Source of the DNA: Isurus oxyrinchus
Taxonomy: Eukaryota
Reading direction: 5' to 3'
DNA: 64,000 nt
NCBI GenBank assembly: GCA_026770705.1
Contig: JANJGN010000121.1
Location: 124,001-188,000 of the forward strand
Position numbers and translations under genes: made by a program. Under the pieces are notes generated by a model, which worked only from the letters and a program-made list of their open reading frames with translations, was not told the origin of the DNA and made no database searches. Numbering within the stretch: the stretch's first letter is position 1; the number at the start of each line of letters is the position of its first letter. Positions 23,615-36,434 of the stretch are shown piece by piece.

Positions 23615-26600
23615 CTACAGAGAAATAGAAACAGAAGACATCCTCACATCATTTACTGGCACTGATAGGGTTAAGTTATTCTGCAGCCTAGTTACTGTCA
23701 CTCATGTCTCAATGGGTTTAACCCTCTTTTTCACTCTCTTTCTCTGTCTCCTTTTTTTCAATCTCTTTCTCTGTCTCTCTTTCTCTCTCTCTCTCTTGCT
23801 TTCTCTCTCTATTTATCATGTAATCTCTCTCGCTATCGCAGACCTGAGTCTTGAAGTCCTATGTTACCATCCCAATCATGAGATTTGTGCCCCATTATTC
23901 ACAAACACAGACACACAAAGAACCTCACGCCAATGAAGGAATTTTATTGAAGGGCGACACTGCTACAGTGTTGGAAATGTGGCCATGGGACCAGATAAGA
24001 TGGTAAACATGGTCAGCATTATACAACTATTCTGAAAGAGGCACCTCGAACACTGCAATGTTCTCTCAGTGCTCTCTGCTGACAGTGCAGCACTCCCTCG
24101 GAACTGCCCCTTCAAGAGGTCAGCACCCCTTGAAAATGGACTCTTTGACAGTGCAGCACTCACTCAGTACTGTCCTCAGTACTGACCATCCGACAGTGCA
24201 GCACTCCCTCAGTACTGACCCTATGACAGCGCAGCACTCCCTCAGTACTGACCCTCTGACAGTCTAGCTCTCCCTCAGTACAGACCCTCTGACAGTGCAA
24301 CACTCCCTCAGTACTGACCTTCTGACACTCCAGCACTCCCTCAGCACAGACCCTAGGACAGTGCAGCACTCCCTCACTACTGACATCAGGTGCCTTGTCA
24401 TTATTGCGTTTAGGTTTCTGGTCAAAGAGCGAGTGATGGAGGGAAGAGGGGGAGGGAGCGAGAGACAATGCTACCTACTGAGCCATATCTGACTCCACAG
24501 GTAGATATCTGTGGGTAACCTGGCTGGGAATCTGGGACATGTGTTGTCTACACACTGAGATAGAAGCTTTGGAGTGAGTGTAAACAGCTCCTGTACCTGG
24601 TGCTTCACAGAGAGTGGACTGGGGGTCAATACAATGTCACTGGTCCCTGAAACTCTCTCCTCCATCGCTGTCTTTCTCCTGCAATAACACAGTATCACAC
24701 TGTGGTTATCATATAGCAGAGAGTCAGTGCAGCACAGACACAGAGCCCAGTGTAACCTTACACCAACGACTGGACTGTCTCTAGTTCCAATAAGGGATAT
24801 CAGCGTGACATCACTATAATGGAAGTGTGTCATGTGATCCAATCTTAGTTTGACTTTTGCTTTGAGCAGAACACACACTCACAGCTCTGATGCCTTCAAT
24901 CTTTCTCCATATGTATAACTGTTCTCGTGCCGAGTCTTGATAAACAAATCATTAACATTCTCACCCAATCCCTGTGAGCGATTGGTGCTTTGTTTCTTGT
25001 ACAATAAATAAGCCTAAGGTATAATATCATTATAATGACACGCCATATCTTTGACCCCCCCTCCACCCCTGCTCTTCCCCCCATAGCCCTTCAAATGTTC
25101 CCCGTTCAAGTATTTATCCAATTCCCCTTTTGAAAGATCCTAATAAATCTGCTTCCAGCGCCCTTTCAGGCAGCACCTTCCAGATCACAGCAACTGATTA
25201 TTATTCATCTGGATAACGGGCAATGAAAAACACTGTCTGGATCGTAAGGGACAAAAGAGACCAGTTACGGAGAGGCATCTAGCGCTTAACACAAGGGAAA
25301 CAATCACCGACTTCAGGAAAGAACATTGAAGCAAATATTTATCCAGGAGTAATCGTGCAGAGTGAGGAATCTCTGGGTCTCGTGATTGTTTACTGGATAT
25401 AGGACAATGAAAGGTTCTTTCCGGATCATAGTGGACACAGGGACCAGTTACGGAGAGGGAGCTGGTGCTGATCCCAAGGGAAACAATCACCGACTTAAGG
25501 AAAGAACATTGAAGCAAATATTTATCCCGGAGTAATCGTGCAGAGTGAGGAATCTCTGGGTCTCGTGATTGTTTACCTGGATACAGGACAATGAAAGGTT
25601 CTCTCCGGATCAGAGTGGACGCAGGGATCACTTACAGAGAGGGACCTGGTGCTGATCCCAAGGGAAACAATCACCGACTTGAGGAAAGAACATTGAAGCA
25701 AATGTTTATATTAAAATCATGTTAAATCTTCAGACTTACTTTCTCACACAGATGAAGATGAAGATTCCAGCCAGGAAAACACTCAACATGATCCCAGCCG
25801 TGAACAATCCTACTGTCCATTTACTGGAGTCTCTACCTGTAAAAACAGCCATTAATTACTGCACTACAGGTTTACAATGATGCTCCGATGTATCTCGAGA
25901 AGCGATACACTCACTCAGTGTTTAAATACTCATTCTCGGGCAATGCTGACATTTATTGTCCATCCCTAGTTTCCCCTTGAGAAGGTGGTGGGGGGTCTTC
26001 CTCCTGAACCACTGGTTTGTCCCAAACTGGGAGACCAGTTCAGAGGGCAGGTAAGAGTTAACCATGTTGGTGTCTGAGACTGGAGTCACATCCACATCAA
26101 GACATGCTTCCCTCCCTAAAGGGTATGTAGTCTCTACACATGTAACAACCAACCTCACTGAAATAATCGACTATCAGGTCATTATCACACGGTGGTTTGC
26201 GGGATCTTGCTGTGCACAAATCAGTACCTGTGTTTCCTACATTACAACAGTGAGCTCACTTCGATAATGCTTCATTGGCTGTTGAATGTTTAGTCATTTC
26301 TAAGCAATTTATGAATACAGGTGTTGCATTTCAAAGTAATCCATGTAACATTTATATATAATATTTATCAATTAAAGAATGAGAAGTTCAGCAATTAAAA
26401 GGGTTGTTCAGGACAGTTAGAGAGAGAAAGGTCGTCAAGTACGGAGATTGGAAACGAAGACCTGACAGCCTTGTCCTCACAACCATTGAAGGAGAAACTG
26501 AGAGCAAAAACAGAAAGGGAGAGGAAAAATTGGATGTGTGGATAACGTGGACTGAGCGAGGATTGAAGAAAACTGGATTAAAAACAACACGATCCCAATG

Positions 26601-28036
26601 GCTCCACGGAGACCACGGAGACAACAAACAAACAAATGTATCTCCACACTCACGTTCCACAGTGATGGTTATGAACCCCTCCACTGCTCCATGTTCATTC
26701 TCTGCCACACACTGATAGTCTCCAGTGTCCCTGGATGTAACGTGAGGAATCACCAACCACAGCTCATTGTTGGAACTTGTTCTGTTCATTGGGACATTAA
26801 GATGTCGCCACGTCAGGTTAGAAGCTGGGAAGCTCTCGACAGAGCAGATTATCACTGCAGAATTCCCCTCAATTATATTGATTGATGAAGCGTAAATCAT
26901 ATTAAGCGAAGTAAATGAGAGATCCTGTGGTGCATCTAAAAACAAATCAAGTGTTTAATGTGAGCAAACCTATTGCACAGCAAGACTCCATGCATCATCT
27001 CTCTGTATCTGATGTCTGAATGCATTTCCAGGTAACTTCCCTCAGGATAACGTCTTATGCCACATTTTTAATGGACACTGCCTATGTAAACTGTCACACT
27101 GCAGTTGCATTCTCCCACCAGTAGAGGTGTTGTCCATCTAGAATGAAAGAAGCTTGCTTTCACATCCTCAGGATTTTGCAAAGGGCTGGACAGGCAATGA
27201 ATTGTATTTGATTGATGGAGCACTGAGGGGTAAATCTACAATTCTCTGTTCAGGAGGTTGCTCATCCAATTCAGGGTCTTGTTGATCTGGAGTTTACCTT
27301 CTTTCAACACAGAATCGGAGCTGATACCAAGACTCCAGTGCGGCACTGAGAGAGGAGAGGGAACTCACGTGTGTGTATCTGTGTGTTTGTGTTTCTGCAC
27401 ATGTGAGTGTGTTTGTGTGTGTATGCACACATGTGTCTGTGTGTGCGCATGCGCATGTGTCTGTGTGTCTAGGTCTGTCCATGAGTGAGAGTATGTGCAT
27501 GTGTGTGTCTATGTGTGGGCATGAATGTGTGTGTGTGTTTGAGATGGGTGTGTATTTTCCTGTGTATATGCTTGTATGTGTATGACTGTGTGTGGATAAT
27601 TATGCATGTGTGNNNNNNNNNNNNNNNNNNNNNNNNNNNNNNNNNNNNNNNNNNNNNNNNNNNNNNNNNNNNNNNNNNNNNNNNNNNNNNNNNNNNNNNN
27701 NNNNNNNNNNNNNNNNNNNNNNNNNNNNNNNNNNNNNNNNNNNNNNTAACTCACGTTCCACAGTGATGGTTATGAACCCCTCCACTGCTCCATGTTCATT
27801 CTCTGCCACACACTGATAGTCTCCAGTGTCCCTGGATGTAACGTGAGGAAACACCAACCACAGCTCATTGTTGGAACTTGTTCTGTTCATTGGGACATTA
27901 AGATGTCGCCACGTCAGGTTAGAAGCTGGGAAGCTCTCGACAGAGCAGATTATCACTGCAGAATTCCCCTCAATTATATTGATCGATGAAGCGTTAATCA
28001 TATCAAGAGAATGAATTGAGAGATTCTGTGGTGCGT
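23366..28036 (-). CDS. Siglec-like inhibitory receptor gene B (3' part: Ig, Ig, TM, cytoplasmic, ITIM/ITSM exon)
   Basis: Phase-compatible exons 27755-28036, 26654-26935, 25740-25836, 24597-24678 and 23366-23614; no adjacent SP/V/C2 exons found. Confidence 0.85.
24597..24678 (-). CDS. Gene B cytoplasmic exon 1 (RKTAMEERVSGTSDIVLTPSPLSVKHQ)
   Basis: ttgcag acceptor, CAG|GTAC donor, 82 nt phase 2-0. Confidence 0.8.
25200..25710. repeat. ~183-bp tandem repeat, ~2.7 units
   Basis: AAGGGAAACAATCACCGACTT recurs at ~25293, 25476 and 25660. Confidence 0.88.
25740..25836 (-). CDS. Gene B transmembrane exon (RDSSKWTVGLFTAGIMLSVFLAGIFIFICVRK)
   Basis: 97 nt phase 1-2, homologous to gene A TM exon, GTAAGT donor. 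Confidence 0.9.
26654..26935 (-). CDS. Gene B Ig exon (membrane-proximal copy)
   Basis: 282 nt phase 1-1, C...W...DTGDYQC Ig signature, C|GTGAGT donor. Confidence 0.92.
27613..27746. other. Assembly gap (N run) between the duplicated Ig exons of gene B
   Basis: Run of N. Confidence 1.
27755..28036 (-). CDS. Gene B Ig exon (tandem duplicate copy)
   Basis: 282 nt phase 1-1, near-identical to 26654-26935; borders an assembly gap. Confidence 0.85.
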
Positions 28037-28787
28037 CTAAAAGAAATAAAGATTTTAATGTGAGCAAGCATAGTGCACAGCAAGACTCCATGCATCATCT
28101 CTCTGTATCTGATGTTGGAATGCTTTTCCAGGTACCTTCCCTCATGAAAAATTACTGTCATATTTATAATGGACACTTCCTATGTAAACTGTCACACTGC
28201 AGTTGCTTCCTCCCACCAGTAGAGTTGCTAACACTCTAGAATGAAAGAAACATCCCTTAACACTCTCAAGATGTCCCCAAGGGCTTGACAGGCAATGAAT
28301 TGTATTTGATCAATGGAGCACTGAGGGCTAAATCTACATTTCTCCGTTCAGGAGGTTGCTCATCCAATTCAGGGTCTTGCTGATCTGGAGTTTACCTTCC
28401 TTCAACACAGAATCGGAGCTGACACCGAGACTCCAGTGCAGCCCTGAGAGAGAAGAGGGACCTCACGCGTGTTTATGTGTATGTGTTTGTGTTTCTACAT
28501 ATGTGAGTATGTTTGTGTGAGTATGCATGCATGTGTCTGTGTGTGCATGTGTGTATGTGTTTGCGCAAATGTGCGTGTGTCTTTGTGTATATTTCTGTGC
28601 ATAAGTGAATGTGTGTACATGTGTATGTGTATGTGTGTGCACCTGTGAGTGTGTGTGTGTGAGTTGAGTGTGTGTATGTTTCTGTGTAGGTTTTTGCACG
28701 TGTATGACTGTGTGTAAATGTGCATGTATGTGCCTACACATGAGTGTGTGTGTATGTGTGTGTGTGTGTGTGTACATGTGTGCATGT

Positions 28788-31052
28788 GGATTGTCGCATC
28801 TTTATTATTAACGTTATTTAAAAATAGTGATCACACAAGCCTGGCTTCTAAGGAGATGAAACTGCAAACAATTTACAGTAAAGTGAAATGTACAGGAATA
28901 ATCTATTTATTTTGAGTTGATGATATATAATTATACATGAGGCATGTTGCTAATTTCAAACATCATCTGAAATATGGCAGGTCTGACAGAGCAGCATTCC
29001 CTCAGTGTCCACCCTCTGACAGTGCAGCACTCCCTCAGCATTGACGCTTTGAGAGTGCAGCACTCCTTCAGTATTGACCCTCTGGAAGTGCAGCACTCCC
29101 TCAGTGCTAACCCTCCAACAGTGCAGCACTCCCTCAGTACTGACCCTCTGACAGTACAGCACTCCCTAAGTACTGACCCTCTGACAGTTCAGCACTGCCT
29201 CTGTACTGACCCTTTGATAGAGCAGGGTTTCCCTCAGTACTGACCTCCTGACAGTGCAGCACTCCCTCAGTACTGACCCTCTGACAGTGCAGCACTCCCT
29301 CAATATTGACCCTCCAACAGTGCAGCACTCCGTCAGCACTCCCTCACTGGGGAGAGTCCATCTGGGTTTTGAGCTGAAACCTTGAGACGGTTTGAAAACC
29401 CCAACCTGCTGTCTTGGAGAGAGAGAGAGAGAGAGTGAGTGCGTGTGTGAGAAAGAGAGAAATTGTGTGTGTGAGAGAGTGACAGTGCGTATGTGTGCGA
29501 GAGAGAAGGATAGAGAGAAAGAGAAAATGTGTGAGAGAGCAAAAGAGAGGTAGAGTGTGTACGCATGAGAGAGTGAGGTAGCTGAATTGTGTGAGAGAGA
29601 GAGTGTGTGTGAGAGAAAGGGAATGTCTGTGTTAGAGAGAGAGCTTATGTGTGAGAGAGAAAGAAAGAGAGAGAATCTGTGGGTGTTAGATAGTGTGTGT
29701 GTGAAAGAGAGAGTGTGTATGTGAGAGAGCGTGTGCGTGAGAGCGTGTGTGTGTGTGTGTTTGAGAGAGAGGGTGTATGTGTTTGAGAGAAGGAGTGTGC
29801 GAGAGAGGGTGTGTGTATTTGAGAGGGAGTGTGTGTGTTTAAAAGAATGAACAAGAGAAAATGTGTGTACGTGTGTGTGTGTGTCTGCGTGTGCATTCTG
29901 ACTGAGCCGAGTTTACAGTTTCACACGTTGCTAGGGACCACTTTTCCACCTCTCTGTCAGACTGTGTGTATCTGACAGCAGGTCAGGCAGAAATAGTCCA
30001 GAATGCGCTGTGCTTTTGTAGCATTGAAACAATGACAGGAACTAAATGAGTGCTGCACCAAATAAAGACATGGAGTGACCACACCAAAAAACCACGTGAC
30101 TTCCCCAGTTTCACATCTCCCTCAAACACAGAAAAACTGGGTTAACACTGACCCTCCTCCCAGAGCCAGTTCACCTCGTGTCCGATGCAGTCAGGAGAGG
30201 AAGGTCATCTCTCCTCCGATCCTGCTAAACTGAACATTTCCAGAATGAGATCAGCTCCCTGAAGTGTCTCCAGTTAGACATTCATCTGACAGGATTGACT
30301 CTACAACCCTGGGGACTCATTCTCCTGTAAGTAAAACACTTGCTGCTCCTGTCAAATCTCTTCTGTACAGCATGGTCTCTGGATGTCCCAGAACACTTTA
30401 CAGTTGAGTACACCCTTTTTTCGAAGTGTGGTTACTGTTGTAATGTAGGAAACGCAGCAGCCAATTAGCGCACAGCAAGCTCCCACAAACAGCAATGTGA
30501 TCACCTGTTTTTGGTGATGTTGGTTGAGGGATAAATACTGGTCCCAGGACACCGGGGAGATCTCCCCCCTGCTCTTCCTCCAAATAGTGGCTGTGGGATC
30601 TTTCACACCCGCCCGAGAGGGCAGACGGGGGACTCGGTTTAGTGTCTAATATTGGACTAATCTCCAGGTGAGGTTGGCTGGATGGATTATTGACAAGGTC
30701 CATTCACCCTGTAAAGAGTTTCTCTGGTTTGAAATACCCAATCAAACATCGAGTTCTGTGTCTAAACCTTGTGTTGAAAAGACACCTTTCCAGCTCTTCA
30801 CCTGCCATTAGCTTGTTGAGTCTTCACACGCTCCGTCTGTCCGTGACCAACCCCTCTTAGCTCATCCTTTCCTTGTCGTACATCAAGCTGTTCATCCTGA
30901 CGGGTTCCATCCTTCCCAGTAACACTCCAACTCCGACATCAAACTAACTCCCAACACGTTGATGAATTGTATGGATTCAGCGTCGGTTGGTTCTGTCTGA
31001 GGCTGTTTCTCTGATCGGGGACCGAGCTGTTCTGAATGGACATTGTGTTCAG
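28788..31052 (-). repeat. Arm 2 of the inverted segmental duplication
   Basis: Reverse complement of 13336-15570. Confidence 0.92.
30000..30326 (+). promoter_or_regulatory. Inverted copy of the putative promoter and first exon, facing gene E
   Basis: Reverse complement of 14063-14385; GTAAGT donor at 30327; next plus-strand SP exon at ~33230. Confidence 0.45.
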
Positions 31053-31639
31053 TACTGATCCTCCGACAGTGCAGCACTCCCTCAGTACTTACCCTCTGAC
31101 AGTGCAGCACGCCCTCAGTACTGATCCTCTGACAGTGCAGCACTCCCTCACCACTCCCTCACTGGGGAGAATCTACCTGGGTTTTGAGCTGAAATCATGA
31201 GCAGGTCTTAAAACATTCTGTATCAGAGAGAGAGAGAGTGTCTGAGAGACAGAGAGAGACAGAGAGACTGTGTGAGAGAGAAAAAGAGATAGAGAGAGTG
31301 TGTGCATGTGTGAGGGAGAGTGTTTGTATATGAGGGAGAGAGTGTGCATGTGAGAATGTGTGAGAGAGAGTGTGTGTGAGAGAGCGTGTGTTTGTGACAG
31401 AGAGTGTGTGTGTGTGCGAGGGAGAGAAAGCGGGAGACAGCAGAAGATCGAGATGAAGAGAAATGTTAAATGTTTGAGAGAGAGAGAATGTGTGTGTCTG
31501 AGAGAGAGAGTGTGTGTGTGTGAGAGAGAGTGTGTGCTTGACAGAAAGAGAGATTGTGTTAGTTTTAGGGAAAGTGTGAGAGTGTGTGAGAGAGTGTTTG
31601 TGTCTGAGAGAGAGAGAGAATGTATTTGAGGGAGGGAGA

Positions 31640-32980
31640 CAGAGAGAATGTGTGTGTGAGAGAGAGAGAGATAGAGCAGAAGAGTGTGATAGAGAGAGAT
31701 TGTGAGTGTTAGAGAGAGAATGTGTGTGTGAGAGAGATAGAGCAAATGAGTGTGATAGAGAGAGATTGTGTTTGTTAGAGAGAGAATGTGTGTGTGTGTG
31801 AGAGAGAGATAGAGCAGAGGAGTGTGATAGAGAGATTGTGAGTGTTAGAGAGAGAATGTGTTTGTGAGAGAGAGAGAGAGCAGAAGAGTGCGATAGAGAG
31901 AGATTGTGAGTGTTGGAGAGAGAATGTGTGTGTGTGTGAGAGAGAGATAGAGCAGAAGAGTGTGATAGAGAGAGATTGTGTTTGTTAGAGAGAGAATGTG
32001 TGTGTGTGTGAGAGAGAGATAGAGCAGAAGAGTGTGATAGAGAGAGATTGTGAGTGTTAGAGAGAGAATGTGTGTGTATGAGAGAGAGAGATAGAGCAGA
32101 AGAGTGTGATAGAGAGAGATTGTGAGTGTTAGAGAGAGAATGTGTGTGTGTGAGAGAGAGAGATAGAGCAGAAGAGTGTTATAGAGAGAGATTGTGAGTG
32201 TTAGAGAGAGAATGTGTGTGTGTGAGAGAGAGAGATATAGAGCAGAAGAGTGTGATAGAGAGAGATTGTGAGTGTTAGAGAGAGAATGTGTGTTTGTGAG
32301 AGTGAGAGAGAGAGCAGTAGAGTGCGATAGAGAGAGATTGTGTTTGTTAGAGAGAGAAGGTGTGTGTGTGAGAGAGATAGAGCAGAAGAGTGTGATAGAG
32401 AGAGATTGTGAGTGTTAGAGAGAGAATGTGTGTGTGTGTGAGAGAGAGATAGAGCAGAAGAGTGTGATAGAGAGAGATTGTGTTTGTTAGAGAGAGAAGG
32501 TGTGTGTGTGAGAGAGATAGAGCAGTAGAGTGTGATAGAGAGAGATTGTGAGTGTTAGAGAGAGAATGTGTGTTTGTGAGAGTGAGAGAGAGAGCAGTAG
32601 AGTGCGATAGAGAGAGATTGTGTTTGTTAGAGAGAGAAGGTGTGTGTGTGAGAGAGATAGAGCAGAAGAGTGTGATAGAGAGAGATTGTGAGTGTTAGAG
32701 AGAGAATGTGTGTGTGTGAGAGAGAGATAGAGCAGATGAGTGTGATAGAGAGAGATTGAGTGTTAGAGAGAGAATGTGTGTGAGTGAACGAGAGATAGAG
32801 CAGAAGAGTGTGATAGAGAGAGATTGTGAGTGTTAGAGAGAGAATGTGTGTGTGTGAGAGAGAGAGAGAGAGAGCAGAAGAGTGCGATAGAGAGAGATTG
32901 TGAGTGTTAGAGAGAGAATGTGTGTGTGAGAGAGAGAGAGAGATAGAGCAGAAGAGTGTGATAGATAGAGATTGTGAGGA
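31640..32980. repeat. ~70-bp GA/GT-rich tandem repeat
   Basis: Unit GATAGAGCAGAAGAGTGTGATAGAGAGAGATTGTGAGTGTTAGAGAGAGAATG(TG)n(AG)n. Confidence 0.92.
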
Positions 32981-33243
32981 CTAAACTCACTGAGAGAAAA
33001 AGCTGGACCCCGAGCAGAGGGAGTGAGGGAACAATGAATTTTTGCCGTGTTTGGTGAATCGGTTTGCGATGTCCCTTCTCAATCTCTCCTTCCTTGTCTT
33101 GACATTAGTTTATTCCCTGGGGCTGTTTAACTCACTGAAAGGTGCCATTTAACCACAAGTTGTTGTTTGAGGAAGAAACACTGGGGACAATTTATGAAAA
33201 AGTCTCTGTCTTTATCATTTTCCATTTAGATGAGGAACTGAAG

Positions 33244-33289
33244 ATGGGAGAGGTCGGTCTGATATTGATCTTCATCAGCTTGCTGCAAG
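33244..33289 (+). CDS. Gene E signal-peptide exon (MGEVGLILIFISLLQ/G)
   Basis: ATG, hydrophobic core ending SLLQ like gene A, CAAG|GTAC phase-1 donor, upstream tttag acceptor. Confidence 0.8.
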
Positions 33290-33619
33290 GTACAAATTCA
33301 TTACTGATCGGAACTCAGGGAATTGGATTCTTTCCTGGAGTGAGGAAGTGAACATTTAATTTTAGAGAACAGGGTTAGTGATCACACAGAGAGTGAGTGA
33401 TTAGCGAGTCAGAGAATTTAGCAAAAGCAAAAGTCTCATACGGACTCGAAACACCAACTCTGTTTCTCTCTCCACAGATGCTGTCAGACCTGCTGTGTTT
33501 TTCCAGCATTTTCTGTTTGTGCATCAGAGAGCTTGTTTCAATAGGAATGACAGTGCATTTATACAGCACATTTAATGCAGTAAAACATCCTTATTGCTTC
33601 ACAGGATTCCCCCACAAGG

Positions 33620-34050
33620 GGTAACATCCCCTCAGCATCCACCCTGTCAAACCCCCCACCACCTCAGAATCTTATATGTTTCAATAAGATCACCTCTCAT
33701 TCTTCTAAACTCCAATGGATACAGGGCCCAACCTGCTCAACATTTCCTCATAAGACAAACCCCCTTCATCCCAGGAATCAGCCCAGTGATCCTCCTCTGA
33801 GCTGCCTCCAATGCAGAGTCTATCCCTCCCTAAGTAAGGAGACCAGAACTGTACACACTGCTCCTGATACAATCTCACCAACGCCCTGTACAGTTGTAGC
33901 AAGACTCCCCTCCTTTTATACTCCATCCCTTTGCAATAAAGGCCAACATTCCACTTGCCTTCCTCATTCCGTGCTGTTCCTGAATGCTGACTTTCTGTGA
34001 TTCATGTACAAGGACACCCAGATCCCTCTGTACCGCATTCTGCTGCCTCT
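33620..34050 (-). mobile_element. CR1 LINE fragment
   Basis: MEYKRRGVLLQLYRALVRL..EQCVQFWSPYL motif. Confidence 0.8.
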
Positions 34051-34109
34051 CTCCATTGAAGTAATATTCTGCTTTTTGATGTTCAGTCCCCTCCCTTGTT
34101 GCCTTTCAG

Positions 34110-34399
34110 GAGTGACGTCAGAGGGATGGTCTATGAAGGCGCTGCCTCGGAGGGCCATCAGCAGCTCTTGTGTGGTTATTCCGTGTAGCTTTGACTTTCC
34201 TTCCCACTCTTACACAGCACTGCACGGAGCTTGGTATAAATATTGGTATAGATGGAAATATACCATCACATACACCAAAGATCCCAATTATGGGGTGGCC
34301 ACATTCGTGGGACGTGCTAAAATAATCGGCGACTTGGAAGGGAAGAATTGTTTGGTGAGGATTGACAGTCTCAGAGCTGAAGACAGTGACGTGTATTGC
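34110..34399 (+). pseudogene. Gene E divergent Siglec/MAG-like V-set exon, truncated in the F strand by Gypsy sequence
   Basis: GWSMKAL...SSCVVIPCSFDFP...HGAWYK...GRAKIIGDLEGKNCLVRIDSLRAEDSDVY, then an abrupt switch to gag-like sequence and a stop at 34411. Confidence 0.85.
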
Positions 34400-35500
34400 A
34401 CCCAATTCTAAATCTTTTCACCAATTAGTCGACCTCATGAAGATGTATTTTCAGCTGAAGCCGTGGGTAATAATGAAAAGGTTTAAGTTTAACTCCAGAG
34501 TAAGGGCCCAGGGAGAGTCCATCGCAACCTGTACAGTGAAGTGGAAGCAGGTGACTGAGCACTGGGACCTCGGAGACACACTCAATGACGTGTTGCAGGG
34601 CTGATTGGTTTGTGTCGTTCACCCCAACGCCATTCAGAGCCGTTTACTCGCAGAAGCCGACATCGATTTGAAGCGCACCATGGAAATAGCGCCAGGCATG
34701 GAAAGTGCTGGGAGAGACTGGCGGGATTTACAGGATGTACAACATGGCACCAGTCCTCAGCTGGGACAGGAAACAACCACCGGGCGTGAGGCTCAAACTG
34801 GAGATAGAGAGAGAGAGAGAGAGACAGCCGCCAAGCGAGAGACAGTCTCTGCCGCTCCAGAAACTAAAAGGCTTCGTGGGAGTATTTCAGCAGCAACTCC
34901 GAAGTTGGCCTGTTCTCGATGTGGGGGGGAGTGAGCTCGTACCGGACACCTGCAGGTTCAAGGGGGCAGAATGCCATCACTGCCACAAGAAAGGGGCGGG
35001 TAATAAAGCAATGCAGGGTGAAATCGAGACAGCCCATCAGACAGTGCACCAACATGATGGAAGTGAATAATATCACAGAGCCTGAAGCTGCTGATACCGA
35101 TGTCTATTCCCTGTCCAATGTCACAGTGGTAAAAACTGAACCTATAACCATCACAACCCAAGTGAATGGGCAGCCACTAGTAATGGGGCAGATACGGGAG
35201 CCTCAGACACAGTGGTGGAAGAGCCCACATTCAAACAGCTAAATGAAGGAACCCAGACGCTGAATTTAGAGCCAACAATGGATCAGCTGAAGACACACAC
35301 TGGAGAATCCATACAGGGAAAGGACCTCATCCCAGTACCTGTGTCCTACAGGCAGCAGACAGCCCAGCTTCCAGTGATCATAGCGACAGGTGAGGGCCCT
35401 AGTCTTCTGGGCCGAGACTGGTTCCAGAAAACCAAGCTCAGCTGCTCTGAAATGTTTCACTGGAGGAGTTGCTGAGTTGCTGGGGGAATATGAGAGTGTA
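34397..35500 (+). mobile_element. Degenerate Ty3/Gypsy gag-protease fragment
   Basis: KRFKFNSRVRAQGESIA...GDTLND..LVC....IQSRLLAE (gag), CSRCGG/CHHCHKKG knuckles, VNGQPLVM-(D)TGAS...GEGPSLLGRDW (protease); stops and frameshifts. Confidence 0.88.
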
Positions 35501-36434
35501 TCTCGGAATGAGTTTGAAGAATTGAAGCATCCTCACAGGCTGCAAGTGTCCCTCAGGTCAGAGTTGGTTCCACTGGAAAATCCTGAAGAGAAAGAAAGCG
35601 AATTCTGTGCCGCTCTGAGCAAACTGAAGAAACAGTTGGCAGGGAAGACCCAACCATGTCCAATGTTCCAGGAGGAAGGCAAGAGATACAAGGAAGAGAC
35701 TGAAGAGCTGAAGATTCAGCTGAATGAAACCAAAGAGGCAGTTACAGTATCACAACAAGTTTACAGTGCAGAAGGAGGCCATTCAGCCTCTTGAGCCTGT
35801 TACACAGGAACAGGAGGAGGCCATTCAGCCCCCTCAAGCCTGTTACACAGGAACAGGAGGAGGCCATTCAGTCCCCTCGAGCCTGTTACACAGGAACAGG
35901 AGGAGGCCATTCAGCCCCCTCAAGACTGTTACACAGAAACAGGAGGAGGCCATTCTGCCACTTATGTCCGTTATACAGGAACAGGAGGAGGCCATTCAGC
36001 CACTGAAGCCCATTACACAGGAACAGGAGGAGGCCATTCAGCCCCTTGTAGGGTGTGGTGGTGTGTGTCAGCTTCACCTGCGACTTCTGAGCCGTCTGAA
36101 TCACTCCCACTCCCTGGGTTCTAGACCTTGGACTTATTCGGGGCTTGTCACAAAGTGCAGCAGACAACTGGTTTTGGTGCAAGACAAAAACTGAGTTTAC
36201 TGAAGTCACAGATGAACTTCTAACATTAGGATGACACTGAGATTATACAGACTTACAAAGTACACTGAGTTAAGAATAGGGAACACATGGCATAACGAGG
36301 GAGAATCACGCTACTAATGCCCTTACCCTTGTCCCACCCCCAAACCCTAACTAAATTGCACTAGGAGAGGTCAGGGGTCACGCTCACCAACCCAGGGTTC
36401 CTTGACAGTTGGAAATTTTGAGAACCCTTCAAGA

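Noticed and set aside
35500-35770. Coiled-coil-like ORF segment (SKLKKQLAGK...EELKIQLNETKE)
   Set aside because: Lies between Gypsy debris and satellite with no splice signals; probably TE-derived
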